Below, in pieces: positions 35,943-48,600 of a stretch of 64,000 bases of DNA. The notes below the pieces were generated by a model. It was not told the DNA's origin. It worked only from the letters and a program-made list of their open reading frames with translations, and ran no database searches. This stretch comes from the human T2T-CHM13v2.0 reference genome, Homo sapiens. The stretch is from assembly GCF_009914755.1 (NCBI RefSeq), contig NC_060948.1; one strand, written 5' to 3'. The position numbers and the translations under genes are program-made. Each line of letters opens with the position of its first letter. The first letter of the stretch is position 1.

Positions 35943-38900
35943 GTAGAATCTGAAAGTGGACATTTGGAGCGCTTTGAGGCCTATGGTGAAAGAGGATATA
36001 TCTTCAGATTAAAACCAGACAGAAGAATTCTGAGAAACTGATTTGCGATGCATGCGTTCATCTCACAGAGTTGAACCTTTCTTTTGATAGAGCAGTTTGG
36101 AAACACTCTTTTTGTATAATCTGCAAATGGAGATTTAGAGCGCTTTGTGACCTATGGTAGAAAAGGAGATATCTTCACATAAAATCTAGATACAAGCAAT
36201 CTGAGAAACTTCTTTGTGATGTATGCATTCACCTGATAGAGATGAAACTTTCTTTTGATGTGCCAGTTTCGAAATACTCTTTTTGTTGAATCTGCAAGTG
36301 GACATTTGGAGCTCTTAAATGCCTAAGGTGGAAAAAGAAATATCTTCACATAAAAACTAGACAGAAGAATTCTGAGAACCTTCTTTGTGATGCATGCATT
36401 CATCTCACAGAGTTCAGTCTTTTTTTTGATTGAGGAGTTTGGAAGCACTGTTTTTGTAGAATCTGCAAGTGAATATTTGGAGCGCTTGGTGGCCTATGGT
36501 AGAAAAGGAAATGTCTTAACATAAAATCTACATGGAAGCAATCTGAGAAACTTCTTTGTGATGTGTGCATTCATCTCACAGAGTTAAACCTTTCTTTTGA
36601 TTGAGCAGTTTTGAAACTCTCTTTTTGTAGAATCTGCAAGTGGACATTTGGAGTGCTTTGATGCCTATGGTGGAAAAGGAAATATCTTCACATAAAAACT
36701 AGATAGAAGAATTCTGAGAAACTTCTTAGTGAAGAGTGGGTTCATTTTACAGAGTTGAAACTTTCTTTTGATTGAGCAGTTTTGAACCTCTCTTTTTCTA
36801 GAATCTGCAAGTGGACATTTGGAGAGCTTTGAGGCCTACGGTGGAAAAGGAAATACCTTCAGGTAGAAACTAGACAGAAGAATTCTGAGAATCTTCTTTG
36901 TCATGTGTGCGTTCATCTCACAGAGTTAACTTTTTCTTTTGATTGAGCAGTTTGGAAAAACCCTTTTTGTAGAATCTGCAAGTGGACATTTGGAGCGCTT
37001 TGCAGCCTATGGTAGAAAAGGAAATATCTTCACATGAAATCTAGACAGAAGCAATCTGAGAAACTTCTTTTTGTTGTCTGCATTCATCTCAGAGAGTTAA
37101 ACCTTTCCTTTGATGGTGCAGTTTTAAAACTCTCCTTTTGTAGAATCTGAAAGTGGACACTTGGAGCACTTTGAGGCCTGTGGTGGAAGAGGAAATATCT
37201 TCAGATTAAAACCAGACAGAAGAATTCTGAGAAACTTATTTGTGATGCGTGCGTTCGTCTCACAGAGTTGAACTTTTCTTTTGATTGAGCAGTTTGGAAA
37301 CACTCTTCTTGTATAATCTGCAAATGGAGATTTGGAGCACTTTGCAGACTATGGTAGAAAAGGAAATATCTTCACATAAAATCTAGATAGAAGCAACCTG
37401 AGAAACTTCTTTGTGATGTGTGCATTCATCTCACAGATTTGAAACTTTCTTTTGATGGACCAGTTTTGAAATGCTCTTTTTGTTGAATCTGCAAGTGGAT
37501 ATTTGGAGCTCTTTCAGGCCTATGGTGGAAAAGGAAATATCTTCACATAAAAACTAGACAGAAGAATTCTGAGAAACTTCTTTGTGATGTGTGCATTCAT
37601 CTCACAGAGTTCAGTCATTCTTTTGATTGAGCAGTTTGGAAACACTCTTTTTGTAGAATCTGCAAGTGGATATTTGGAGCACTTGGCGGCCTATGGTAGA
37701 AAAGGAAATATCTTAACATAAAACCTACACAGAAGCAACCTGAGAAACTTCTTTGTGATGTGTACATTCATCTCCCAAAGTTGAACTTTTCTTTGGAAGG
37801 AAGAGTTTTGAAATACACTTTTTGTAGAATCTGCAAGTGGACATTTTGAGCATCTTGAGGCCTATGGTGGAAAAGGAAATATCTTCACATAAAAACTAGA
37901 CAGAAGAATTCTGAGAAACTTCTTAGTGATGTGTGGGTTCATTTCACAGAGTTGAAGCTTTCTTTTGATTGAGCAGTTTGGAAACACTCTTTGTGTAGAA
38001 TCTGCAAGTGAATATTTAGAGCGCTATACAGTCTATGATATAAAAGGAAATATCTTCACATAAAATCTAGATAGAAGTAATCTGAGAAACTTCTTTGTGA
38101 TGTGTGCATTCTTCTCACAGAGTTGAACTTTTCTTTTGGCTCAGCAGTTTTTGACCTCTCTTTTTCTAGAATCTGCAAGTGGACTTTCGGGGCGCTTTGA
38201 TGCCTATGGTGGAAAAGGAAATATCTTCATGTAAAAACTAGATGGAAGCTTTCTGAGAAATTTATTTGTGATGTGTGCGTTCACCCCAGAGAGATGAACC
38301 TTTCTTTTGATTGACCAGTTTGGAAACACTCTTTTTGGAGAATGTGCAAGTGGACATTTGGAGCGCTTTGCGGTCTATGTTAGAAAAGGAAATATCTTCA
38401 CATAAAATCTAGACAGAAGCATTCTGATAAACTTCTTTGTGATGTGTGCAGTGATCTCACAAATTTAAACCTTTGTTTTGATTGAGTAGTTTTGAAACTC
38501 TCTTTTTGAAGAATCCGTAAGTGGACATTTGGAGCGAATTGAAGCCTATGGTGGAAAAGGAAATATCTTTGGATAAATACTAGACAGAATAATTCTGGGA
38601 AACATCTTTGAGATGTGTGCATTCATCTCACAGAGTTTAACGTTTCTTTTGTGTGAGCAGTTTGGAAACACTCTTTTCATAGAATCTGCAAGTGGGCATT
38701 TGGAGTGCTTTGCAGCCTATGGTAGAGAAGGAAATATCTTCACATAAAATCTAGACAGAAGCATTCTGATAAACTTCTTTGTGATGTGTGCATTCATCTC
38801 ACAGAGTTGAACCTTTCTTTTGAAGGAGCAGTTTTGAAATATGCTTTTTGTAGAATCTGCAAGTGGACATTTCGAGCTCCTTGAGGCTTATGGTGGAAAA

Positions 38901-41900
38901 GAAAATATCTTCACACACACAAAAAAAGACAGAAGAATTCTGAGGAACTTTTTTGTGATGTGTGCATTCATCTCAAACAGCTGAACCTTTCTTTTGGTTG
39001 AGCAGTTTGGAAACAGTCTTTTTGTAGAATCTGCAAGTGGACATTTGGAGCGCTATGTGGCCTATGGTAGAACAGGAAATATCTTCACATAAAATCTAGA
39101 CAGAAGCAATCTGAGAAACTTCTGTGGGATGTGTGAATTCATCTCCCAGAGTTAACCCTTTCTTTGGATTGGGCACTTTCGACACTCTCTTTATGCAGAA
39201 TTTGCAAGTGGACTTTTGGAAGGCTTTGACCCCTATGGTGAAAAAGGAAATAACTTCACGTGAAATCTAAACCAAAGCAATATGAAAAATTTCTTTTTGA
39301 TGTGTGCATTCATCTCACAGAGTTAAACCTTTCCTTTGATTGTGCAGTTTTGAAAGGCTCTTTTTGTAGAATCTGCAAGTGGATATTTGAAGCACTTTGA
39401 GGCCTATGGTGGAAGAGGAAATATCTTCAGATTAAAACTTGACAAGAATTCTGCAAAACTTACTTGTGATGTGTGCGTGCATCTCAAATAGTTGAACCTT
39501 TCTTTTGATTGAGCATTAGGAAACACTTTTTTTGTAGAATCTGCAAATTGGGATTTGGAGCGCTCTGCAGCCTGTGGTAAAAAAGGAGATATCTTCACAT
39601 AAAATACAGACAGAAGCAATCAGAGAAACTTCTTTGTGATGTGTGCATTCATCTCACAGAGTTGAAAATTTCTTTTGATGGACTAGTTTTGAAATACTCT
39701 TTTTGTTGAATCTGCAAGTGGACATTTGGAGCTCTTTGAGGCCTATGGTGGAAAAGGAAATCCTTGACATAAAAACTAGACAGAAGTATTCTGAGAAACC
39801 ACTTTGTGATGTGTGCATTCATCTCACAGAGTTGAGCATTTCTTTTGATTGAGGAGTTTGGAAACACTCTTTTTGTAGAATCTGCAGGTGGACATTTGAA
39901 GCTTTTTGTGGCCTATCATAGAAAAGGAAATATTTTAACATAAAATCTAGATAGAGGAAATCTGAGAAACTTCGTTGTGATGTGTGCATTCATCTCCCAG
40001 AATTGAAACTTTCTTTTGATTGAGGAGTTTGGAAACAATCTTTTTGTAGAACGTGCAAGTGGACATTTGGAGTGCTTTGTGGCCTATGGTAGAAAAGGGA
40101 ATACCTTTATATAAGAACTAGACAGAAACATTCTGAGAAACTTATCTGGATGTGTGCATACATCTCCCAGAGTTGAACCTTTCTTGTGATTGTGCAGTTT
40201 GGAAACACTCTTTTTGTAAAATCTGCAAGTGGACATTTTGAGCGCTTTGCGGCCTATGGTAAAAAAGGAAATATCTTCACATGAAATCTAGACAGAAGAT
40301 ATCTGAGAAACTTCTTGGTGATGTGTACATTCATCTCACAGAGTTATACTTTTCTTTTCATTGAGTAGTTTTTTAAACTCTCTTTTTGTAGAATCTGCAT
40401 GTGGACATTTGGAGCGCTTTGAGCCCTGTGTTGGAAAAGGAAATATCTTCACATAAAAACTAGACTAAAGATATCTGAGAAACTTCTTTGTGATGTGTGC
40501 ATTCATCTCCCAGAGTTCAACCTTTCTTTTGATGGACCAGTATTGAAATATTTTTTTTTTTTTTAGAATCTGCAAGTGGACATTTCGAGCACCTTGAGGA
40601 CTATGGTAGAAAATGATATATCTTCACATAAAAATTAGACAGAAGAATTATGAGAAACTTCTTCATGATGTGTGCATTCATCTCACAGAGTTGAACCTTC
40701 CTTTGACTGAGCAGTTTGGAAACCCTCTTTTTGTAGAATCTGCAAGTGAATATTTTGAGTGCTTTGAGGCTGATGGTAGAAAAGGAAACACCTTCACATA
40801 GAATCTCCACAGAAGCAATCTGAGAAACTACTTTGTGATGTGTGCATTCATCCCACAGCTTTAAATGTTTCTTTTGCTTGAGCATTTTTGAAACTCTCTT
40901 TTCATAGAATCTGCAAGTGGACATTTGGAGAGCTTTGTGCCCTGCAGTAGAAAAGGAAATATCTTCACATAAAATCTTAACAAAAGCAATCTGAGAAACT
41001 TCTTTGAGATGTATGCATTCATCTCACAGAGATAAACCTTTCTTTTGATTGGACAGTTTTGAAATTCTCTTTTTGTAGATTCTGCAATTGGACGTTTGGA
41101 GCGTTTTGAGGCCTATGGTGGTAAAGGAAATATCTTCACATATAAACTAGACAGAACAATTCTGGGAAATTCCTTTGTGATGTTTGCATTCATCTCATGG
41201 AGTTGAACCTTTCTTTTGATTGAGCAGTTTGGAAACACTCTTTTTGTAGGATCTGGCAATTGGTCATTTCGAGTCCTTTGCAGCCAATGGTAGAAAAGGA
41301 AGTATCTTCACACAAAATCTAGACAGAAACAATCTGAGAAACTTGTTTCTGATGTGTGCATTCATCTCACAGAGTCAAACCTTTCTTTTGATTGAGAAGT
41401 TCTGAAACTTTCTTTTTGTAGAATCTGCAAGTGGGCATTTGGAGCGCTTTGAGGCCTATGGTGGAAAAGGTAATATCCTCACATAAAAATTACACAGAAG
41501 AATTCTGACAAACTTCTTTGTGATGTGTGTGTTCATCTCACAGAGTTGAGCCTTTCTTTTGATTGAACAGTTTGGAAACACTGTTTATGTAGAATCTGCA
41601 AGTGGACATTTGGAGCACTTTGAGGCCTGTGGTAGAAAAGGAAATACCTTCACATAAAATCTAGACAGAAGCAATCTGAGAAACTTCTTTCTGATGTGTG
41701 CATTCATCCTACAGAGTTAAATGGTTCTTTTGATTGAGCATTTTTGAAACTATCTTTTCGTAGAATCTGCAAGTGGAAATTTGGAGCGCTTTGAGGCTTA
41801 TGGTGGAAAAGGAAATATCTTCACATAAAAACTAGACAGAAGAATTCTGAGAAACTACTTTGTAATGTGAGCGTTCATCTCACAGAGTTGAATCTTTCTT

Positions 41901-44900
41901 TTGATTGAGCAGTTTGGAAACATCGTTTTTGTAGAATCTGCAAGTGGACATTTGGAGCTCTTTGCAGCCTATGGTAGAAAAGGAAATATCTTCACATAAT
42001 ATCTAGAAAGAAGCAATCTGAGAAACTTCTTTTTGATGTGTGCATTCATCTCACAGAGTTAAACATTTGTTTTGATTGAGCAGTTTTGAAACTCTCTTTC
42101 TGTAAAATCTGCAAGTAGACATTTGAAGCGCTTTGAGGTCTATGTTGGAAAAGGAAATATCTTCTTAGAAAATGTAGACCGAAGAATTCTGAGAAACTCC
42201 TTTGTGATGTGTGCATTCATCTCACAAAGTTGAATTTTTCTTTTGATTGAGCAGTTTGGAAACATTCTTTTTGTAGAATCTGCAAGTGGAAGTTTGGAGA
42301 GCTTTGCGGCTTATGGTACAGAAGGAAATATCTTCACATGCTATCTATACAGAAGCAATCTGAGAAGCTTCTTTGTGATGTATTTATCTCACAGAGATAA
42401 ATCTTTCTTTTGACAGAGCAGTTTAGAAACTATCTGTAGAATCTGCAAGTGGACATTTAGAGCGCTTTGTGGCCTATGGTAGAAAAGGTAACATCTTCAC
42501 ATAAAATCTAGACAATAGCAATCTGGGAAACTTCTTTGTGAAGGGTGCATTCATCTCACAGAGTTAACCTTTTCTTTTGATTGAACAGTTTGGAAACTCT
42601 CTTGTTGTAGTATCTGCAAGTGGACATTTGGAGCACTTTGATGCCTGTGGTGGAAAAGGAAATATCTTCACATAAAAATAGATAGAAGCATTTTGAGAAA
42701 CTTCTCTGTGAGGTGTGCGTTCATCTCCCAGAGTTGAACCTTTCTTTTGATGGACTAGTATTGACATACTCTTTTTGTAGAATCTGCAAGTGGACTTTTC
42801 TAGCGCCGTGTGGCCTATGGTGGAAAATGATATATCTTCAAATAAAATCTAGACAGAAGAAATCTGAGAAACTTCTTTGTAATGAGTGCATTCGTCTCAC
42901 TGAGTTAAACATTTCTTTTGATTGAGCAGTTTTGAAACTCTCTTTTTGTAGTATCTGCAAGTGGACATTTGGAATGCTTTGAGGCCTGTGGCGGAAAAGG
43001 ACACATCTTCACATAAAACCTAGACAGAAGAATTCAGAGTAACTTCTCTGTGATGTGTGGGCACATCTCACAGAGTTGAAAATTTCTTTTGATTGAGCAG
43101 TTTGGAAACACTCTTTTTGTAGAATCTGCAAGTGGAGATTTGGAGCGCTTTGTGGTCTATGGTAGAAAAGGAACTATATTCACATAAAATCTAGACAGAA
43201 GCAATCTGAGAAACTTCTTCATGATGTATACATTCATGTCACAGAGTTAAACTTTTCTTTTGATTGAGCACTTTGAAACACTCTTTTTGTAGAAGCTGCA
43301 AGTGGACATTTGGAGCACTTTCAGGCCTATGGTAGAAAAGGAAATATCTTCACATAAAAACTACACAGAAGAATTATGAGAAACTTCTCTGTGATGCGTG
43401 AGTTGATCTCACAGAGTTGAACATTTCTTTTGATTGAGCAGTTTGGAAACACTCTTTTTGTAGAATCTGCAAGTGGACATTTGGAGAGCTTTGCAGCCTA
43501 TGGCAGAAAAGGAAATGTCTTCACATAATATCTAGACATAAGCAATCTGAGAAACTTCTTTGTGATGTGTGCATTCATCTCACAGAGTTAAAACTTTCTT
43601 TTGATTGAGCAGTTTTGAAACTCTCTTTTTGTAGAATCTGAAAGTGGACATTAGTATCGCTTTGAGGCCTATGGTGGAAAAGGAAATATCTTCACATAAA
43701 AACTAGTCAGAAGAATTCTTTGTGATGTGTGTGTTCACCTCACAGAGTTGAACCTTTCTTTTGATTGAGAAATTTGGAAACACTCTTTTTGTAGAATCTG
43801 CAAGAGGATATTTGGAGCCATTTGCGGCCTAAGTTCGAAAAGGAAATATCTTCACATAAAATCTAGACAGAAGCAATCTGATAAACTTCTTCATGACGTG
43901 TGCATTCATCTCACAGAGTTAAACATTTCTTTTGATTGAGCAGTTCTGAAAGTCTCTTTTTGTAGAATCTGCAAGTGGACCTTTGGAGCGCTTTGTGGCC
44001 GATGGTAGAAAAGGAAATATCTTCACATAAAATCTAGACAGAAGCAATCTGAGAAAATTCTTTGTGATGAGGGCTTTCATCTCACAGTTAAACCATTCTT
44101 TTGATTAACCAGTTTTGAAACTCTCTTTTGGTAGAATCTGCAAGTGGACATTTGGAGCGCTTTGAGGTCTATGGTGGAAAAAGAAATATGTTCACATATA
44201 AACCAGACAGAATAATTCTGATAAACTTCTTTGTGATGTGGGCTTTCATCTCACAGAGTTGAACCTTTCTTTTGATTGAGCAGTTTTGAAACACTCTTTT
44301 TGTAGGATCTGCATGTGGACATTTGTAGCGCTTTGTGGCCTATGTTAGAAAAGGAAATATCTTCTCATAAATTCTAGACAGCAGCAATCTGAGAAACTTC
44401 TTTGCGATGTGTGCATTCATCTCACAGAGTTCAACATTTGTTTTGATTGAGCAGTTTTGAAACTCTCTTTTTGTAGAATGTGCAATTGGAAATTTGGAGC
44501 GATTTAAAGCCTATGGTGGAAAAGAAAATATCTTCACATAAAAAGTACACAGAAGCATTCTGAGAAACTTCTTTGTGATGTGTACATTCATCTCACAGTG
44601 TTGAACCTTTCTTTTGATTGAGCAGCTTTGAAACACTCTTTTTGTAGTATCTGCTAGTGGATACATGGAGCGATTTGAGGTCTATTGTGGAAAAGGAAAT
44701 ATCTTCACATAAAAACTACAAAGAAGCATTCTTTCAAACTTATTTGTTATGAGTGAATTCATCACACAGAGTGGAAGCTTTATTTTGATTGATCAGTTCT
44801 GAAACACTCTTTTTGTCGAATCTGGAAGTGGATATTTGGAGGGCTTTGAGGCTTATTTTGGAAAGGAACTATCTTCACATAAAAACTACACAGAAGCATT

Positions 44901-45619
44901 ATGAGATACTTCTTTGTTATGTGTCTATTCAACTCACAGAGTGGAAACTATCTTTTGATGGGGCACTTTTAAATCTCTCTTTTTGCAGAATCTGCAAGCG
45001 GATATTTGGAGCGTTTTGAGGCTTACCGTGGAAAAGCAAAAATCTTCACCTAAAAACTACACAGAAACATTCTGAGAAACTTCTTTGTCACGTGTGTATT
45101 CAACTCACAAGGTCGAACCTATCTTTTGATTGACCAGTTTTGAATCTCTCTTCTTGCAGAATCTGCAAGTGGATATTTGCAGAGTTTTTAGGCCTATTGT
45201 GGAAAAGGAAATGTCTCCACATAAAAACTACACAGAGAAATTCTGAGAAACTTCTTTGTGATGTGTGCATTCAACTCAGAGAGCTGGACCGATCTTTTGA
45301 TTGAGCAGTTTTGAAACACTCTTTTTGTAGAATCTGCAAGTGGACACTTGGAGCGCTTTGAGGCCTATGGTGGAAAAGGTAGTATTTTCCAATATAAACT
45401 ATACAGAATAATTCTGAGAAACTTCTTTGTGACATGTGTGTTCATCTCCCAGAGTTGAACCTTTCTTTTCACTGAGCAGCTTGGACACACTCTTTTTGTA
45501 GAATCTGCAAGTGGACATTTGGAGCACTTTGCAGCCTAAGGCAGAAAAGGAAATATCTTCATATAGAATCTAGACAGAAGCAATCTGAGAAACTTCTTTG
45601 TGATGTGTGCATTCATCTC
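35943..45619 (+). repeat. Divergent alpha satellite, ~57 monomers of ~171 bp with loose dimeric alternation
   Basis: Repeating GAGAAACTTCTTTGTGATGTGTGCATTCATCTCACAGAGTT...GTAGAATCTGCAAGTGGACATTTGGAGC; A-type box CTATGGTRGAAAAGGAA. No CENP-B box seen by eye. Confidence 0.98.
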
Positions 45620-48600
45620 GAAACAGCTCATTGAAAAGAAAGGTTCAACTCTGTGTGATAGATGCACCCATCACAAAGAAATTTCTCTGAATGTTTCTGT
45701 GTAGTTTTTATGTGAAGACATTTGCTTTTCCACAATAGGCCTCAAAACACACCAAATATCCACTTGCAGATTCTACAAAAAGAGTGTTTGATAACTGCTG
45801 AATCATAACATAGGTTCAACCCTGTGAGATAAATGTACACATCACAAATAAGTTTCTCATAATGCTTCTCTGTAGTTTTTATTTGAATATATTTCCTTTT
45901 CCACCATAGGCCACAAAGGACCCCAAATATCCAATGGCAGTAACTACAAAAAGAGAGATTCAAAACTGCTCAATCAAAAGATAGGTTCAACTTTGTGAGT
46001 TGAATGCACACATCACAAAGAAGTTTCTAGGAATTTCTATATGTAGTTTTTATGTGGAGATATTTCCTTTTCCACAATAGGCCTAAAAGCTCTCCAAATA
46101 TCCACTTACAGATTCTTCAAAAAGAGAGATTCAAAACTGGTCAATCAAAAGATAGGTTCATCCTTGTGTAAGTTGACTGCACACGTGGCAAAGAAATTTC
46201 TCAGAATGCTTCTGTGTAGTTTTTATGTGAAGATATTTGCTTTTCCATGGTATGTCTCAAAGTGCTCCAAATATCCACTTGCAGATTCTGCAAAAATGGA
46301 GATTCAAAACTGCTCAATCAAAAGATAGTTTCCACTCTGTGGGTTGAATGCACACATAACAAAGAAGTTTCTCAAAATGCTTCTGTGTAGTTTTTATGGG
46401 AAGATATTTCCTTTTCCAAAATAAGCCCCAAAGCCCTCCAAATATCCACTTCCAGTTCTACAAAAAGAGTGTTTCTGAACTGCTCAATCGAAAGAAAGGT
46501 TGCACTCTGTGTGATGAATTCACTCACCGCAAAGAATTCTGTGAGAATGCTTCTGTGTAGTTTTTATATGAAGATATTTCCTTTTCCACAATAGGCCTCA
46601 AATTGCTCCAAATATCCACTAGCAGATTGTACAAAAAGAGTGTTTCAAAACTGCTCAATGAAAAGAAAGATTCAACACTGTGAAATAAATGCACACACCA
46701 CAAAGAAGTTTCTCAGAATGCTTCTGTGTAGTTTTTATGTGAAGATATTTGCTTTTCCACAGTAGGCCTCAAAGGGCTCCAAATATTCACGTGCAGATTC
46801 TACAAAAAGAGAGATTTCAAAACTGCTCAATCAACAGACAGGTTTGACTCTGTGAGTTGAATGCACACATCACAAAGAAGTTTCTCAGAATGCTTCCGTG
46901 TAGTATTTGTGTGAAGATATTTGATTTTCCACAGTAGACCTCAAAGCTCTCTAAACATCCCCTTGCAGATTCTGCAAAAAGAGAGATTCAAAACTGCTCA
47001 ATCAAAAGATAGGTTCAACACTGTGAGTTGAAGACACACATAACAAAGAAGTTTCTCAGAAGATTTCTGTGTAGTTTTTATTTGAAGATATCTTTTTTTC
47101 CAAAATTGACCTCCAAGCCCTCCAAATATCCACTTCCAGATTCTACAAAAATAATGTTTAAAAACTGCTCAATCAAAAGAAGAGTTCAATCCTGTGAGAG
47201 GAATGCGCACATCAAAAAGGAATTTCTCAGAATGCTTTTGTGTAGTTTTTATGTGAGGATATTTCCTTTTCCACAACAGGCCACAAAGGGCTCCAAATAT
47301 CCACTTGCAGATTCTACTGAAAGAGTGCTTCTAAACTGCTCAATCAAAAGAAAGTTTCAACTCTCTGAGATGAATGCACACATCACAAATAAGTTTCTTA
47401 GAATGCTTCTGTGTAGATTTTATGTGAAGATATTTCCTTTTTCACCATAGGCCACAAAAGACTCCAAATATGCAATTGTAGATTCTACAAAAAGAGAGTT
47501 TCAAAACTGCTCAACCAAAAGATAGATTCAACTCTGTGACTTGAATGCACACATCACAAAGAAGCTTCTCAGAATGCTTCTGTGTAGTTTTTATGTGAAG
47601 ATATTTGATTTTCCACAGTTGGCCTCAAAACCCTCCAAATATCCAGTAACAGATTCTGCAAAAACAGAGATTCGAAACTGCTCAATCAAAATATAGTTTC
47701 AACTCTGTGAGTTGAATGCACACATCACAAAGCAGTTTCTCAGAATGCTTCTGTGTAGTTTTTATGTGAAGCTATTTTATTTTCCACAGTAGGCCTCAAA
47801 GCACTCCTAATATCCACTTGCAGATTCTGCAAAAAGAGATTCAAAACAGCTCAATCAAAAGATAGTTTCAACTCTGTTAGTTGAATACACACCTCACAAA
47901 GAAGTTTCTCAAATTCTTCACTGTAGTTTTTATGTGAAGATATCTTTTTCTCCAATATAGTCCTCAAATCCCTCCAAATAGCCACTTCCAGATTCTACGA
48001 AAAGACTGTTTCAAAACTGCTCAATCCAAAGAAAGGTTCAACTCTGTGTGGTGAATGCACTCATCACAAAGAAGTTTCTCTGAACACTTCTGTGTAGTTT
48101 TTATTTGAAGATATTTACTTTTCCACCATAGGGTGAAAAGGGCTCCAAATACCCACTTGCAGATTCTACAAGAGAGATGCTAAACTGCTCATTGAAAAGA
48201 TAGGTTCAACTCTGTGAGTTGAATGCGCACATCACAAATCAGTTTCTCAGAATGCTTCTGTGTAGTTTTTATGTGAAGATATTTCCTTTTCCACTGTAGG
48301 CCTCAAATAGCTCCAAAGATACACTTGCAGATCATACAAAAACAGTGTTTCAATACGGCTTAATCAAAAGAAATGTTCAACTCTGTGAAATGAATGCATA
48401 CATCACAAAGAAGTTTCTCAGAATTTACTTTCAGAATTTTAGGTGAAGATATTTGCTTTTCCACGTTAGGACTCAAAGCGCTCCAAACATCCACTGGCAG
48501 ATTCTACAAAAAGAGTGTTTCAAAACTGCTCAATCATAAGATAGGTTCAACCCTGTGAGATGAATGCACACGTCAAAGGGAGTTTCTCAGAATGCTTCTC

